Source of the DNA: Alphaproteobacteria bacterium
GTDB lineage: Bacteria; Pseudomonadota; Alphaproteobacteria; UBA2966
Length of the DNA stretch: 64,000 nt
NCBI GenBank assembly: GCA_964291395.2
Contig: OZ219856.1
Span: 352,001 to 416,000, forward strand
Direction: 5' to 3'
The translations under genes and the position numbers were made by a program. Under the pieces are notes generated by a model. That model ran no database searches and was not told where the DNA came from. It saw nothing but the letters and a program-made list of their open reading frames with translations. Positions 48,604 through 58,711 of the stretch are shown here, one piece after another. Position 1 is the stretch's first letter. Each line of letters begins with the position of its first letter.

Positions 48604-49425
48604 ATGCTGACTGCCGAGGAAAAGCAGACATTCGACGAAGAGGGGCTGGTCGTGCCCGGCTACCGGCTCCCCGACGACTTGATGAGCGACCTTCGCGCGC
48701 TGACGGATCGGGTCATCGCGGAAACACCGCAGATACCGCCGGATTTCCTGTTCAGTCCGCATTTGCCCTGGGCCGGACAGAAGGACACGAGCCTGAGCGA
48801 CGGCTTCATGGCCATCTGCCATCGCCCCGAGATCCTCGACGCGGTCGAGGCCCTCATCGGTCCCGACATCATCTTGTGGGCGAGTCGAATCTTCTGCAAG
48901 CCGGCGCGCACCGGCCTGGAGATCCCCTGGCACCAGGACGGCACATCGGGCTGGCCGATGCGGCCGCTGGCGTCCGTCGCGGTCTGGATTGCCGTGGATG
49001 ATTCCACGGCCGAGAACGGCTGCATGCGCTACATCCCGGGGTCCCACAAGCTGGGCGAGCTGCCGTTTGAGTTCTCCTCGCGTACGGACCTGGCGGTCAA
49101 CGTCGAGATCGACAACAGGGAATTCGATGCTTCGACCTCCCGCGACAACGTACTCGAGTCAGGACAATTCTCGATCCACCACATGTTCCTGGTGCACAGC
49201 TCGCAGCCCAACCTGTCCGGCAAGCGCCGCGCCGGGTTCGCGATGCGGGTCATGCCCGCGACCTCCCATTACGACCGCTCGAACGTCGTGGAGAGCCCGT
49301 CGAACCGGTACGACTTCGACCTCGCCAACGCGCCGCTCTTCCTGCTGCGCGGGGTTGACGCCTGTGGCCGGAACGACATCGTCACCGGACCCGTCGAGCC
49401 GCTGGATCTGAAGAAAGTCGGCTGA
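48604..49425 (+). CDS. Phytanoyl-CoA dioxygenase (PhyH) family protein
   Basis: PWHQD, WIAVDD, NGCMRYIPGSH, HSS.PN. Confidence 0.92.
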   Translation: MLTAEEKQTFDEEGLVVPGYRLPDDLMSDLRALTDRVIAETPQIPPDFLFSPHLPWAGQKDTSLSDGFMAICHRPEILDAVEALIGPDIILWASRIFCKPARTGLEIPWHQDGTSGWPMRPLASVAVWIAVDDSTAENGCMRYIPGSHKLGELPFEFSSRTDLAVNVEIDNREFDASTSRDNVLESGQFSIHHMFLVHSSQPNLSGKRRAGFAMRVMPATSHYDRSNVVESPSNRYDFDLANAPLFLLRGVDACGRNDIVTGPVEPLDLKKVG

Positions 49426-49512
49426 CGGGCGCGGCGGCCTTGAGCTGCGCGGCAAGAGCGTCGACAAACTTCAACCAGAGGTTGCAATCGGAAATGCGCT
49501 CTGCACCGCTGC

Positions 49513-50424
49513 TCAGGCAGCCGTCGATGCGGCCTGTTTCTGCTGAGGTATGCCCAGCATCTCGCGCGCTTCCTCCGGCGTCGCCACCTCGCGGCCGAGC
49601 TCGCGGCAGATGCGCGCGGCACGTTCCACCAGCTGGGCGTTCGACGTCGCGAGTTCGCCGGGACCGTAGTAGACGTTGTCCTCCATGCCGACGCGTATGT
49701 TGCCGCCCATGGCGACCGCCATGGTCGACAACGGCAACTGGTGCTTGCCGACGGAGACGATCTGCCAGCTCGATCCCTCGGGAACCGCGTCGAGCATGGC
49801 CAGCAGGTTCGCCGGCGAGGCCGGGATGCCGCCCTGGATGCCCATCACGAAACTGAAGTGCATGGGATCTTCCAGGACGCCCTTCTTCTTGAGATCGAGC
49901 ATGTTGGCGATGTGAGAGAGATCGTAGACCTCGAGCTCGTTGTGGATTCCCCGGTACTTGCAGCCTTCGACGAACTCCGTGTTCCACGCCTTGGAGTTGG
50001 AGAAGAGGAATTCGTCGCCCTTGTGGTCGAAATGGAAGGTCCCGCAGTTCACGGTCAACATGTCCGGCTGGGGCGCCAGTTCGAGGAGGTTCATCCGCTC
50101 CTCGAGCGAGAAGTTGTGGCCGGTCCCCTTTTCGTCGAACCAGATGCCGATGCCGCTGCCGACCTGGGTGATCATGCTGGAACAGCGGCCCATGACGCCG
50201 TCGACCACGTCGTTATAGATGTCGAGATCGGCGGACGTCCTTCCTTCCTTGTCCCGCACGTGGATGTGCGCGACCGAGGCGCCGGCGTTGTAGCAATCGT
50301 AGAAGTCGCTCACGATCTCGTCCGGCTGTTCGGGCAGGGCCGGGTTGGCTTCCCGTCCGTGCAGGCCGCCCGTGGTGGCGATGGTGATGATCACCTTGTC
50401 CTGATGTGTGAGGTTCGGTTTCAT
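49513..50424 (-). CDS. Beta-keto acid cleavage enzyme (BKACE/Kce, DUF849)
   Basis: NPALP, AHIHVR, ELEVYD, GGNIRVGMED. Confidence 0.93.
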   Translation of the reverse strand: MKPNLTHQDKVIITIATTGGLHGREANPALPEQPDEIVSDFYDCYNAGASVAHIHVRDKEGRTSADLDIYNDVVDGVMGRCSSMITQVGSGIGIWFDEKGTGHNFSLEERMNLLELAPQPDMLTVNCGTFHFDHKGDEFLFSNSKAWNTEFVEGCKYRGIHNELEVYDLSHIANMLDLKKKGVLEDPMHFSFVMGIQGGIPASPANLLAMLDAVPEGSSWQIVSVGKHQLPLSTMAVAMGGNIRVGMEDNVYYGPGELATSNAQLVERAARICRELGREVATPEEAREMLGIPQQKQAASTAA

Positions 50425-50493
50425 GGCGTCCTCCCGATGAATTCAATGGCCTTGCCGGATTACGGCACTTTACGTTGCCGGTGGTCCATGTCC

Positions 50494-51261
50494 TCAAGAC
50501 GCTTCTCTGTGGAACAGCCGCGGTCCGAACGCCTGCATGATGGGCATGACCTCGATCTCGTTGACGTTCAGGTTCGGCGGCAGCGTGACCACGGCGTGGA
50601 CGACTTCCGCCATGTCCGAAGGCTTCACGGTCTCGAAGCCGGTGTAGTGGGCCCGGCCCTTCTCCTCGTCCCGCATCTGCACGTAGGCGAACTCGGACTC
50701 GACGTTGCCGGGGACCAGCAAGGTCACGTGGACGTGGCTGCCGAGCAGGTCGGAACGCAGGTTGTAGGTGAAGTAGTGGACGAAGGACTTGGTTCCCGCG
50801 TAGACGGATGATCCCGCCGGCCCTTTGTGATTGGCCGTTGAGGAACCGACGTTGATGATGTGGCCGCGGTCGCGGGCAAGCATCCCAGGGAGTGCCGCGT
50901 GCGTGCAATACATGACGCCTTTGCAGTTGATGTCGACCATGCGTTCCCAATCGTCGAGGGATGCCTGTTGGGCCACGTCGGCCCCGAGGGCATTGCCGGC
51001 GTTGTTGACGAGTACGGTAATCTCCGAGAATTCGGCCGGTAGGTTCGCGAACGCCGATTCCACCGCGGCCCGGTCCGAGACGTCGAAAGGCGCAACGTGG
51101 CAACGGTCGCCGATCTCCGCCTGAATTTGCTCCAGCCGCTCCTTCCGGCGGCCATTGAGGATGACGCGGGCGCCTGCGGCGGCGAATTTCTGTCCGACCG
51201 CACGGCCGATACCCGAGGTTGCGCCGGTGATGAATACGACTTGGTCCGACAGATCAGCCAT
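50494..51261 (-). CDS. YdfG-like NADP-dependent SDR
   Basis: TGATSGIG, NNAGNALG, YAGTK, NEIEVMP. Confidence 0.9.
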   Translation of the reverse strand: MADLSDQVVFITGATSGIGRAVGQKFAAAGARVILNGRRKERLEQIQAEIGDRCHVAPFDVSDRAAVESAFANLPAEFSEITVLVNNAGNALGADVAQQASLDDWERMVDINCKGVMYCTHAALPGMLARDRGHIINVGSSTANHKGPAGSSVYAGTKSFVHYFTYNLRSDLLGSHVHVTLLVPGNVESEFAYVQMRDEEKGRAHYTGFETVKPSDMAEVVHAVVTLPPNLNVNEIEVMPIMQAFGPRLFHREAS

Positions 51262-51466
51262 CAGGGGCGTCCTCCTTCGCATGCCATTGTCCACGGTTCG
51301 CACATGTTACCCTGTGTGTAAATGACGGTTCGGGCACAAGACAAGGCTCCGGCGAGTGAGGTCGGGGTGGGATTCGGAGATGACTCGCCTCCGCCGGACC
51401 TTCGAGCTTGACCGCCTTGTGTCCGGTCCCATACGTGTCGCGGGAGCGACAGGCCGGTAGGGGAGG

Positions 51467-51982
51467 ATGATGTCGGAAGAAGCTCGAACGCGTGTGGAAT
51501 TCGACGAGCACGGTAAGCGGACGACCTATGACGAGATCGAGGTCGGCAAGGATCTCGGATCGCTCGAGTGGGTGGTCGGCGGGAACGACATCGAGAAACA
51601 GTGTGCCATCGATGAAGACTTCCATCCGTGGTTTGCCCTGGATTCGGAATGGAACGGCGTCATCGCGCCGCCGCAGATTCAGTACCGTCCGCCGCGCTGG
51701 CTTCTGTCGCGCACCTACAACATCCGCGGCGTGTTCTACAGATGGGACTTCGAGAATCTGAAGCCCATCCGGCCCGGGGAGAAGATCACGGTAACCGGCC
51801 GCATTCTCGACAAGTGGATTGACCGCGACCGCGAATTCATGAGCTACGAGGCCGAGGGCCGCGACGCGGGGGGCGAGCTCGTGTTCCGGACGACGCGCGT
51901 GCACGCGCTCGACGTCGTCAGGCGCACGGCTCCGCGGAAGGGCGTCGGACAGGACAGCGGCGTCAAGCAGGAAAAAATCTGA
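51467..51982 (+). CDS. MaoC/hotdog-fold protein (HadA-like)
   Basis: IAPP, FENLKPIRPGE.ITVTGRI. Confidence 0.75.
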   Translation: MMSEEARTRVEFDEHGKRTTYDEIEVGKDLGSLEWVVGGNDIEKQCAIDEDFHPWFALDSEWNGVIAPPQIQYRPPRWLLSRTYNIRGVFYRWDFENLKPIRPGEKITVTGRILDKWIDRDREFMSYEAEGRDAGGELVFRTTRVHALDVVRRTAPRKGVGQDSGVKQEKI

Positions 51983-51985
51983 GCG

Positions 51986-52396
51986 ATGGCTATCATCGGC
52001 AAGGATACGCCCGTCGGCACCGAACTGCCGGTCTTCGCCCGCCGGTTCCGCAACGAGATGTTCGCCATGGGCGACATCAAGACCATCCATAATGACGATG
52101 CGGCCGCCCAACGGGAGGGCCTGCCCCGCGCCGTTGCCGTCGGCCCACAGGTCGCCGCGCTGATCTTCCGCATGATGCGTTCCTGCTTCGAGGAAGGCTG
52201 GATCGTCGGCGGCAGGGTCGCGCTGACCTTCCGCCGTCCCGTCTGGTCGAACGACTTCGCCACGGCGCACGGCGTGATCAAGGACAAGGAAGTGGAAAGC
52301 GACAAGGTGCGCGTGGTTTGCGACGTCTGGGTCGAGCGCGGCGACGGCGAGAAGGCGATCGTCGGAACCTGCAGCGCCTTGGTGCCGGGCGCGTAA
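51986..52396 (+). CDS. MaoC-like dehydratase (HadB-like)
   Basis: GD..TIHND.AAAQ.EGL, FRRPV. Confidence 0.8.
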   Translation: MAIIGKDTPVGTELPVFARRFRNEMFAMGDIKTIHNDDAAAQREGLPRAVAVGPQVAALIFRMMRSCFEEGWIVGGRVALTFRRPVWSNDFATAHGVIKDKEVESDKVRVVCDVWVERGDGEKAIVGTCSALVPGA

Positions 52397-52419
52397 GGCG
52401 GCGGACCGGTCGTCTCCGA

Positions 52420-54483
52420 ATGGACATTCACGTCGGCATCGACGTCGGGGGCACGTTCACGGATGTCGCCGTCAATGTGCCGGAGGCAAATCGATTCATT
52501 CATTTCAAGCTGCCCAGCACGCCGGGTGAGCCCGATCGCGCGATCGTCGAGGGTGTCGCCCGGGCACTGGCCGAGAATGATCTGAATGCGCGGGACGTCA
52601 TGCGGCTCTCCCACGGCACCACGGTGGGCACCAACGCCCTGATCCAGCGTCGCTGCGGCCGTGTCGCCGTCGTGACCACGGAAGGCTTCCGCGACTTGAT
52701 CGAGATCGGGCGTCAGGTCCGACCCCGCATGTACGACATTCATCTCGATTACCCATCGCCCATCGTGCCCCGTCAGCTTCGCTTCGAGGTACGTGAGCGG
52801 CGCCGCGCCGATGGGACGGTACACCTCCCCCTCGACGAGGCCGGACTGAGGGATCTGGCCCGCACGTTGGTCGATGCGGAGGTGGAGTGTGTCGTGGTGT
52901 GCTTCCTCAATTCTTACGCTTGGCCGGAACACGAGGAACGGGCCGTGGCGCTTCTGAGAGCGACGCTGCCGCCGGCCGTTCACGTCCTCTCCTCGACGTC
53001 CGTCTATCCGGAATTCCGAGAGTACGAGCGGTTCTCGACCGCAGTCCTCAACGGTGCCCTGCTTACCGTCATGAATGCATACCTGAATCGGTTCACGGTG
53101 GGTCTCGAAGGCATCGGCGTACGGGCTGACCCGAAGGTCAGCCAAAGCGCGGGTGGATTGATGTCGCTCGGGATGGCGCGGCGGCTGCCCATTCGCGCGT
53201 CATTGTCGGGGCCGGCCGCCGGTGTGTCCGGTGCCGCGGTCCGGGCCGCCGCTGCGGGCTTCGAGGATATCATCACGCTCGATGTCGGCGGGACGAGCAC
53301 GGATGTTAGCCTGATGAAGGGTGGAATCCCCGGCGAGGTGTACGAACATGAGATCGCCGGCTTTCCGCTGAGGTTGCCTGCGATCGACGTGAACGCGGTC
53401 GGCGCGGGCGGTGGCTCCATCGCCTGGATCGACTCGGATGACCTGTTGAAGGTAGGTCCCATGAGCGCAGGGGCAGATCCGGGGCCGGCTTGTTATGCGC
53501 TCGGCGGCGGCCAGGCCACGGTGACGGACGCCAATGTTGTGCTGGGGCGCCTCAATGGGGACGCCTTGCTGGGTGGGGGCATGCCCATCGCCAAGCCCCT
53601 TGCTGTCGAGGCGGTTCGGCGATTGGCGGCATGCCTGGATCTGGAATTGGAGGAAACGGCCCTCGGGATCGTCCGGGTGTCGGCGGCAACGGTGGTCAAA
53701 GCCATCCGTGCGATCTCCGTGGAGCGAGGTCACGATCCGTCCGGATTCGCCCTCTATGCCTTCGGCGGCGCGGGTCCCCTGTTCGCCGTTGACGTCGCCC
53801 GCCAGCTCGATATCGCCCGGGTCATCGTCCCGCCGCATCCCGGTATCTTGTGCGCCGAAGGCTTGCTCAACTGCGACATGGCGAGCGATTTCGTGAAATC
53901 GGCGCTGGTGGCCGCGGGCACGGATGCACCGCCCGCCCTGAATTCGGCGCGTAGAGAGCTCCTGGCGCGCTCGGGGAGCTGGCTCGACGAGGAAGGCGTG
54001 CCTCCGGATAGAAGATCACTATCGTGGTCTGTCGATATGCGTTACCGCGGCCAGAACTTCGAGATCGGCGTCGCGAGCGACGGGGAGGAATTCGACGCGG
54101 CGGCCTGCGAATGCCTCGTCCAGGCCTTTCATGCTGCGCACGAGGCCAACTATGGGTTCGCGTCGCCGGACGAGCCCGTGGAATTCGTCAATCTCAAGCT
54201 CAAGGGGATGGCGAACCTCGATCAGCCGGACCCGGCGGTCTGGGTCGTGTCGACCGAAGGCAAGCCTCATGCGTCGCGGGACGTCGTCTTCGGGGGCGCG
54301 GAACGCATCACCGCCCCGCTGTATAGGCGTGAAGAACTGGGACGCGATCAGGTCATCGAGGGGCCGGCGGTGGTTGAGCAGTTCGACTCGACCCTGCTCG
54401 TCTTTCCGGGCGATCACGGCCGGGTCGACGACTGGGGGAACATCGTGATCACGCTCGCGGAGGGTGGCCCGTCATGGAACTGA
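52420..54483 (+). CDS. Hydantoinase A/oxoprolinase family subunit
   Basis: GIDVGGTFTD, HGTT, SGPAAG, DVGGTSTD, GAGGGSIA, AFGGAGP. Confidence 0.94.
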   Translation: MDIHVGIDVGGTFTDVAVNVPEANRFIHFKLPSTPGEPDRAIVEGVARALAENDLNARDVMRLSHGTTVGTNALIQRRCGRVAVVTTEGFRDLIEIGRQVRPRMYDIHLDYPSPIVPRQLRFEVRERRRADGTVHLPLDEAGLRDLARTLVDAEVECVVVCFLNSYAWPEHEERAVALLRATLPPAVHVLSSTSVYPEFREYERFSTAVLNGALLTVMNAYLNRFTVGLEGIGVRADPKVSQSAGGLMSLGMARRLPIRASLSGPAAGVSGAAVRAAAAGFEDIITLDVGGTSTDVSLMKGGIPGEVYEHEIAGFPLRLPAIDVNAVGAGGGSIAWIDSDDLLKVGPMSAGADPGPACYALGGGQATVTDANVVLGRLNGDALLGGGMPIAKPLAVEAVRRLAACLDLELEETALGIVRVSAATVVKAIRAISVERGHDPSGFALYAFGGAGPLFAVDVARQLDIARVIVPPHPGILCAEGLLNCDMASDFVKSALVAAGTDAPPALNSARRELLARSGSWLDEEGVPPDRRSLSWSVDMRYRGQNFEIGVASDGEEFDAAACECLVQAFHAAHEANYGFASPDEPVEFVNLKLKGMANLDQPDPAVWVVSTEGKPHASRDVVFGGAERITAPLYRREELGRDQVIEGPAVVEQFDSTLLVFPGDHGRVDDWGNIVITLAEGGPSWN

Positions 54484-56198
54484 CCGCCATCCAGGTCGAG
54501 CTGCTGCGTAACGCGCTCGGCAGCATCGTCGACGAGATGTACGTGGCGCTGATGAAAAGCGCCTACTCGACCAATATCAAGGAGCGCCGCGACCACTCAA
54601 CGGCGATCTTCGACACCAAGGGGCGTGTCGTGGTTCAGGGTGAAAGCCTGCCGCTTCACTTGGCATCCATGCTCGGTCTCGTGGAGGTCGTTCTCGAGCG
54701 GAGCCGCGACGATCCCTTGCGGCCGGGCGACATGATCGTCTCCAACGACCCCTTCGTCGGCCGGGGCTCGCACCTGCCGGACGTGGCCTTTGTGGCGCCG
54801 GTGTTCGTCGGTGAGCGGCTCGCCTGCTTCGTCGCCAACATCGCCCATCACGCGGATATCGGAGGCATGGCCCCTGGCAGCATGGCGGGCGGTATGACGG
54901 AGATCTACCAGGAAGGGTTGCGGATCCCGCCCGTGCGGTTGGTCCGTGCTGGCGAGATCGTCGACGATCTGTTCGATCTCATCCTGCTGAACGTTCGCGT
55001 GCCCGAGGAGCGCCGCGGGGACTATCTGGCGCAGGTTGCCGCCAACCGGCTGGGCGAGCGGCGCTGTCACGAGCTGCTCGAACGCTGGTCCCTGGAACGG
55101 TTCCGGGCCGGAACGGACGCCATCATCGACGCCGTCGCCAAGCGGACCCGCGCCGCCCTAATCGAAGTGCCCGACGGCACCTACACCTTCAACGACGTCA
55201 TGGATGACGACGGTCTCGGCACCCGGGACATTCCCGTTGCCGTGCGCATTGACGTTGTGGGAGACGAGATCCATTTCGATTTCTCGGGATCGGCGCCCCA
55301 GGTGCGCGGCAACATCAACGTCAGCCGGTCCGCGCTCGAAGCAAGCGTGCTCTATGCCGTCAAGGCGCTCGTCGACCCGGACGGACCGACGAACCACGGT
55401 ATGCTCGATGCCATCCACATCGAGGCTCCCGAAGGCTCCGTGGTCAATGCCGTCTTCCCGGCGGCGACGGCGGCGCGTTCCCAGGTCAGCCAGCGCCTGA
55501 TCGACGTCATCCTGGGGGCGCTGGCGCCGGCATTGCCCGACCGGGTGATCGCCGCGGGCAACGGGGCGAACACCCTGGCCACGTTCTCGGGCGATGACGC
55601 CAATGGAAACTTCTACGTCTACATGGAAGCGATGGGCGGCGGAGCGGGTGCCCGCTCCTACAAGGACGGAACCGACGGCGTGCAGGTCCATTCGACCAAC
55701 ACCTCGAACCTGCCGATCGAATCGCTCGAGCGGGAATACCCCATTCTGATCGAACGTTACGAACTGGTGCCGGACACGGGCGGCGCCGGCACATGGCGAG
55801 GGGGACTTGCCCTTCGCCGCGCCTATCGCCCGATCGGCCACGCGGCGGTCTTCAGTGGACAGGGCGAGCGCATTCTGAACAAGCCCTGGGGGCTCTTCGG
55901 CGGCGGCGAGGGAGCGACCGGCTCCTTCCACTTGGTTCACGACGATGGCCGCAGCGAAACGCTCGCCGTCAAGCCGCATACGGTGGAAATACCGCCAGAC
56001 GCCACCCTCTGCATCACGACGCCGGGCGCTGGTGGCTATGGCCCGCCCGAGGGACGCAGCAAGCGCCGCTTGGCCCTGGACGTAGCCAGCGGAAAACTGT
56101 CGCCTGGACGGCTTGAGGAGCAATACGGTTGCGACGTATCTGAATTGCCTGATGTAGTGGATTCCACCGATACTGTTCGCGTCGTTCGGGACGACTAG
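54474..56198 (+). CDS. Hydantoinase B/oxoprolinase family subunit
   Basis: NIKERRDHS, NDPF..GSHLPD, HHADIGG, TPGAGGYG. Confidence 0.94.
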   Translation: MELTAIQVELLRNALGSIVDEMYVALMKSAYSTNIKERRDHSTAIFDTKGRVVVQGESLPLHLASMLGLVEVVLERSRDDPLRPGDMIVSNDPFVGRGSHLPDVAFVAPVFVGERLACFVANIAHHADIGGMAPGSMAGGMTEIYQEGLRIPPVRLVRAGEIVDDLFDLILLNVRVPEERRGDYLAQVAANRLGERRCHELLERWSLERFRAGTDAIIDAVAKRTRAALIEVPDGTYTFNDVMDDDGLGTRDIPVAVRIDVVGDEIHFDFSGSAPQVRGNINVSRSALEASVLYAVKALVDPDGPTNHGMLDAIHIEAPEGSVVNAVFPAATAARSQVSQRLIDVILGALAPALPDRVIAAGNGANTLATFSGDDANGNFYVYMEAMGGGAGARSYKDGTDGVQVHSTNTSNLPIESLEREYPILIERYELVPDTGGAGTWRGGLALRRAYRPIGHAAVFSGQGERILNKPWGLFGGGEGATGSFHLVHDDGRSETLAVKPHTVEIPPDATLCITTPGAGGYGPPEGRSKRRLALDVASGKLSPGRLEEQYGCDVSELPDVVDSTDTVRVVRDD

Positions 56199-56233
56199 CG
56201 TTCCGGCCGGCTCGGCCTTGCGGAGGATGGAGC

Positions 56234-56623
56234 ATGACGATGGTGACACGGGGGATCAAGCAACTGATCGCGGAAGCGAATGCCGCAATCGACACGGTTT
56301 CCGTTGCCGACGCGATGGTGATGCATGGGGACTCCGATGTCGTCTTCGTGGACGTTCGCGAGACGGTCGAACTTCGGCAGGCGGGCTCCGTCGCGGGAGC
56401 GGTGCACGCGCCGCGCGGATTTCTCGAGTTCATGGCGGATCCGGAAAGCCCTCTGCACAAACCGGAGCTCGCGAGCGGTGCCCGGCTGCTGCTCTACTGC
56501 GCCTCGGGCGGACGCTCGGCGCTGGCCGCCAAGGCTTTGGTGGATATGGGGTTCGAGAACGTCGCCCACATCTTGGGCGGATTCGCTGCTTGGCAGGAGG
56601 CCCACGGACCAGTCGAGTCCTGA
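56234..56623 (+). CDS. Rhodanese-like domain protein
   Basis: DVRE, RGFLEF, YCASGGRS, GGFAAW. Confidence 0.9.
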   Translation: MTMVTRGIKQLIAEANAAIDTVSVADAMVMHGDSDVVFVDVRETVELRQAGSVAGAVHAPRGFLEFMADPESPLHKPELASGARLLLYCASGGRSALAAKALVDMGFENVAHILGGFAAWQEAHGPVES

Positions 56624-56839
56624 TGGGTCCTGCGCCGCGGCGCGGTGAAGGAACGTTTGGGAGCGAATCTCAAAAAATGGGACTCGAGGCGAGACCCGCT
56701 CCCCTGTGGTGTGCTATGAAGCCGCAAGGCGCGGGGTACGAATTCGCTGGGCCCGGCGGATATCGCACAGTTTGTTCATAACCGTTTGCAAAATAAAGAT
56801 AACCCCGCCAATCAACATCAAAATCACAAGGAGGACTCG

Positions 56840-57985
56840 ATGCGTGTAACGCTATCCGTGATCAAGGCTGACGTGGGCTCCATTGGCGGTCATACGCAGC
56901 CCTCGGATCGGATGATGGAGGCGGTCCGCGAGGAAGTCGCCGGAGCGATCGGTCGGGGCCTGATCGTCGATGGATACGTCTCCCACACTGGAGACGACAT
57001 CGCCATCATCATGAGCCACACCCGTGGCGAGAACGACACGGACATCCATCAATTCGCCTGGAACGCCTTCCTTAAGGCGACCGACATCGCCCGGGAGTAC
57101 GGTCTCTATGGAGCCGGACAGGATCTGCTCGTCGATGCGCCCTCGGGAAATGTCCGCGGTGCCGGACCGGCAGTCGCCGAGATCGAATTCGAGCACACGC
57201 TGGAGAAACCGCGGCCAGCCGAGTCGTTCATGGTGTTCGCGGCCGACAAGTGCGGTCCCGGTGCGTACAACCTGCCGTTGTTTCTCGGCTTTGCCGATCC
57301 CATGTTCTGCGCCGGATTGATGCTGCCGCAGATGATAAAGGGATTCACGTTCCACGTGATCGACATGGACAACACGGCCGGCGATTCGCTCATCGAACTC
57401 AACACGCCGGAGGACTATTACCACCTCACGGCGCTGCTCCGGGACAACGAACGCTTCGGCATCGACTCGATCTATTCTCGGACCTACGACACCAAAGCCG
57501 CGGCAGTTTCCGCGCAGCGCCTGCACTCCATCGCGGGTACCTACACCGGCAAGGACGATCCTGTAGCGATCATCCGCAACCAAGGTGTCTTTCCGGCACC
57601 CGAAGAACTCGTTTCGCCGTTCGCCAAGGCGCACTATGTCGGCGGCGATGCGCGAGGGTCCCACAACATGCCGCTCATGCCGGTGGCGATCAACACCGCC
57701 GTGGCCGGCGTCTACTGCCTGCCCATCGTGAGTTGCCTGGGCTTCTCGCTGGGTCGCGACGGGCATTTCTCCGATGCCGTGACGGACTTCTTCGACAACG
57801 TGGCTTGGGACGAGGTTCGTCGGCGCGCCCAGAACAAGGGCAACGAGATGCGCCTCCAGGGCTGGTCGGGGCCCGCCATGCTGCCTTACACCGAGCTTGA
57901 GTATGGCGGATTCCGCGATACGGTCACGGGGCTGGTCGACCGTTTCCAAATTCGCGGGAGTACGGAGGCCGAGGCGGCCGAATAA
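56840..57985 (+). CDS. fbp: Bifunctional fructose-1,6-bisphosphate aldolase/phosphatase (class V FBPase)
   Basis: IKADVGS.GGH, GDD, YGAGQDLL, ADK, YTGKDDP, RGSH; AAGGAGG RBS. Confidence 0.93.
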   Translation: MRVTLSVIKADVGSIGGHTQPSDRMMEAVREEVAGAIGRGLIVDGYVSHTGDDIAIIMSHTRGENDTDIHQFAWNAFLKATDIAREYGLYGAGQDLLVDAPSGNVRGAGPAVAEIEFEHTLEKPRPAESFMVFAADKCGPGAYNLPLFLGFADPMFCAGLMLPQMIKGFTFHVIDMDNTAGDSLIELNTPEDYYHLTALLRDNERFGIDSIYSRTYDTKAAAVSAQRLHSIAGTYTGKDDPVAIIRNQGVFPAPEELVSPFAKAHYVGGDARGSHNMPLMPVAINTAVAGVYCLPIVSCLGFSLGRDGHFSDAVTDFFDNVAWDEVRRRAQNKGNEMRLQGWSGPAMLPYTELEYGGFRDTVTGLVDRFQIRGSTEAEAAE

Positions 57986-58137
57986 CCGGCGATGCATCAC
58001 GTAGAGCCATACGGCCGCTTCGCGGATTATCCGCGTTACGGTCGTCTTGCATCGGTGACGGGGCGCAGCTCAAGCGCCACGCGCGAGCGCAATATCCCGG
58101 AAAATGTCTCGGAAAGCGACGGACCGGCCGCCAGGAA

Positions 58138-58359
58138 CTAGAGCCAGCCCGAGCGCCAGGACGCCTTGGCCTTACAGCTCCGGCAGATACGCTCGCCGGA
58201 CCATGCGCTTTCGAACTGCTCTCCACACGCCAGACAACGACGCACTCTGCTTTCATAAACCGGTGTGGAAGCCTCGTCTTCGCCCCACACATCCCCGGAA
58301 TCGTCTGCTGAATGCGAAACGAGATCCAAGGGATTCGAAGATTCTGTGCCGTGATCCAT
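58138..58359 (-). CDS. Small C4 zinc-finger protein
   Basis: RRCLACGEQFESAWSGERICRSCK, acidic N-terminus. Confidence 0.7.
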   Translation of the reverse strand: MDHGTESSNPLDLVSHSADDSGDVWGEDEASTPVYESRVRRCLACGEQFESAWSGERICRSCKAKASWRSGWL

Positions 58360-58711
58360 TCCTTAGTCCGCACCCCGATTGTGGTTCAGGCCGTCCCATA
58401 CCGTCCGGAACCATGGTCATATGTCAAAAGTCATAAGCGCCACCAGCAAGTCTGGCGCACCAAACCTACCAAGAAACGGCCGCAACAACTCCGTTTGCAC
58501 GTTGCAACCGGGAGGCACTCGGTACGCCATACCAGCGGCTTGTCGGCCTTAATGGAAGGTGGACCATAGCACGGATGGCGCCTGGTTCCTACTAAAATTT
58601 CGAACCGAAGAAGCCGGATTAGCCTCTAATCAATTGAAGTAAGGAAATTTTTTCGTTAATGCCGCACAAGGTTTCGAACGATCGTTCTGCTGCCTCGATC
58701 CGGCGGATCCG

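Noticed and set aside
47673-49001. 442-aa ORF as a real gene
   Set aside because: Only its middle carries one frame of the broken SDR; the rest overlaps PhyH out of frame
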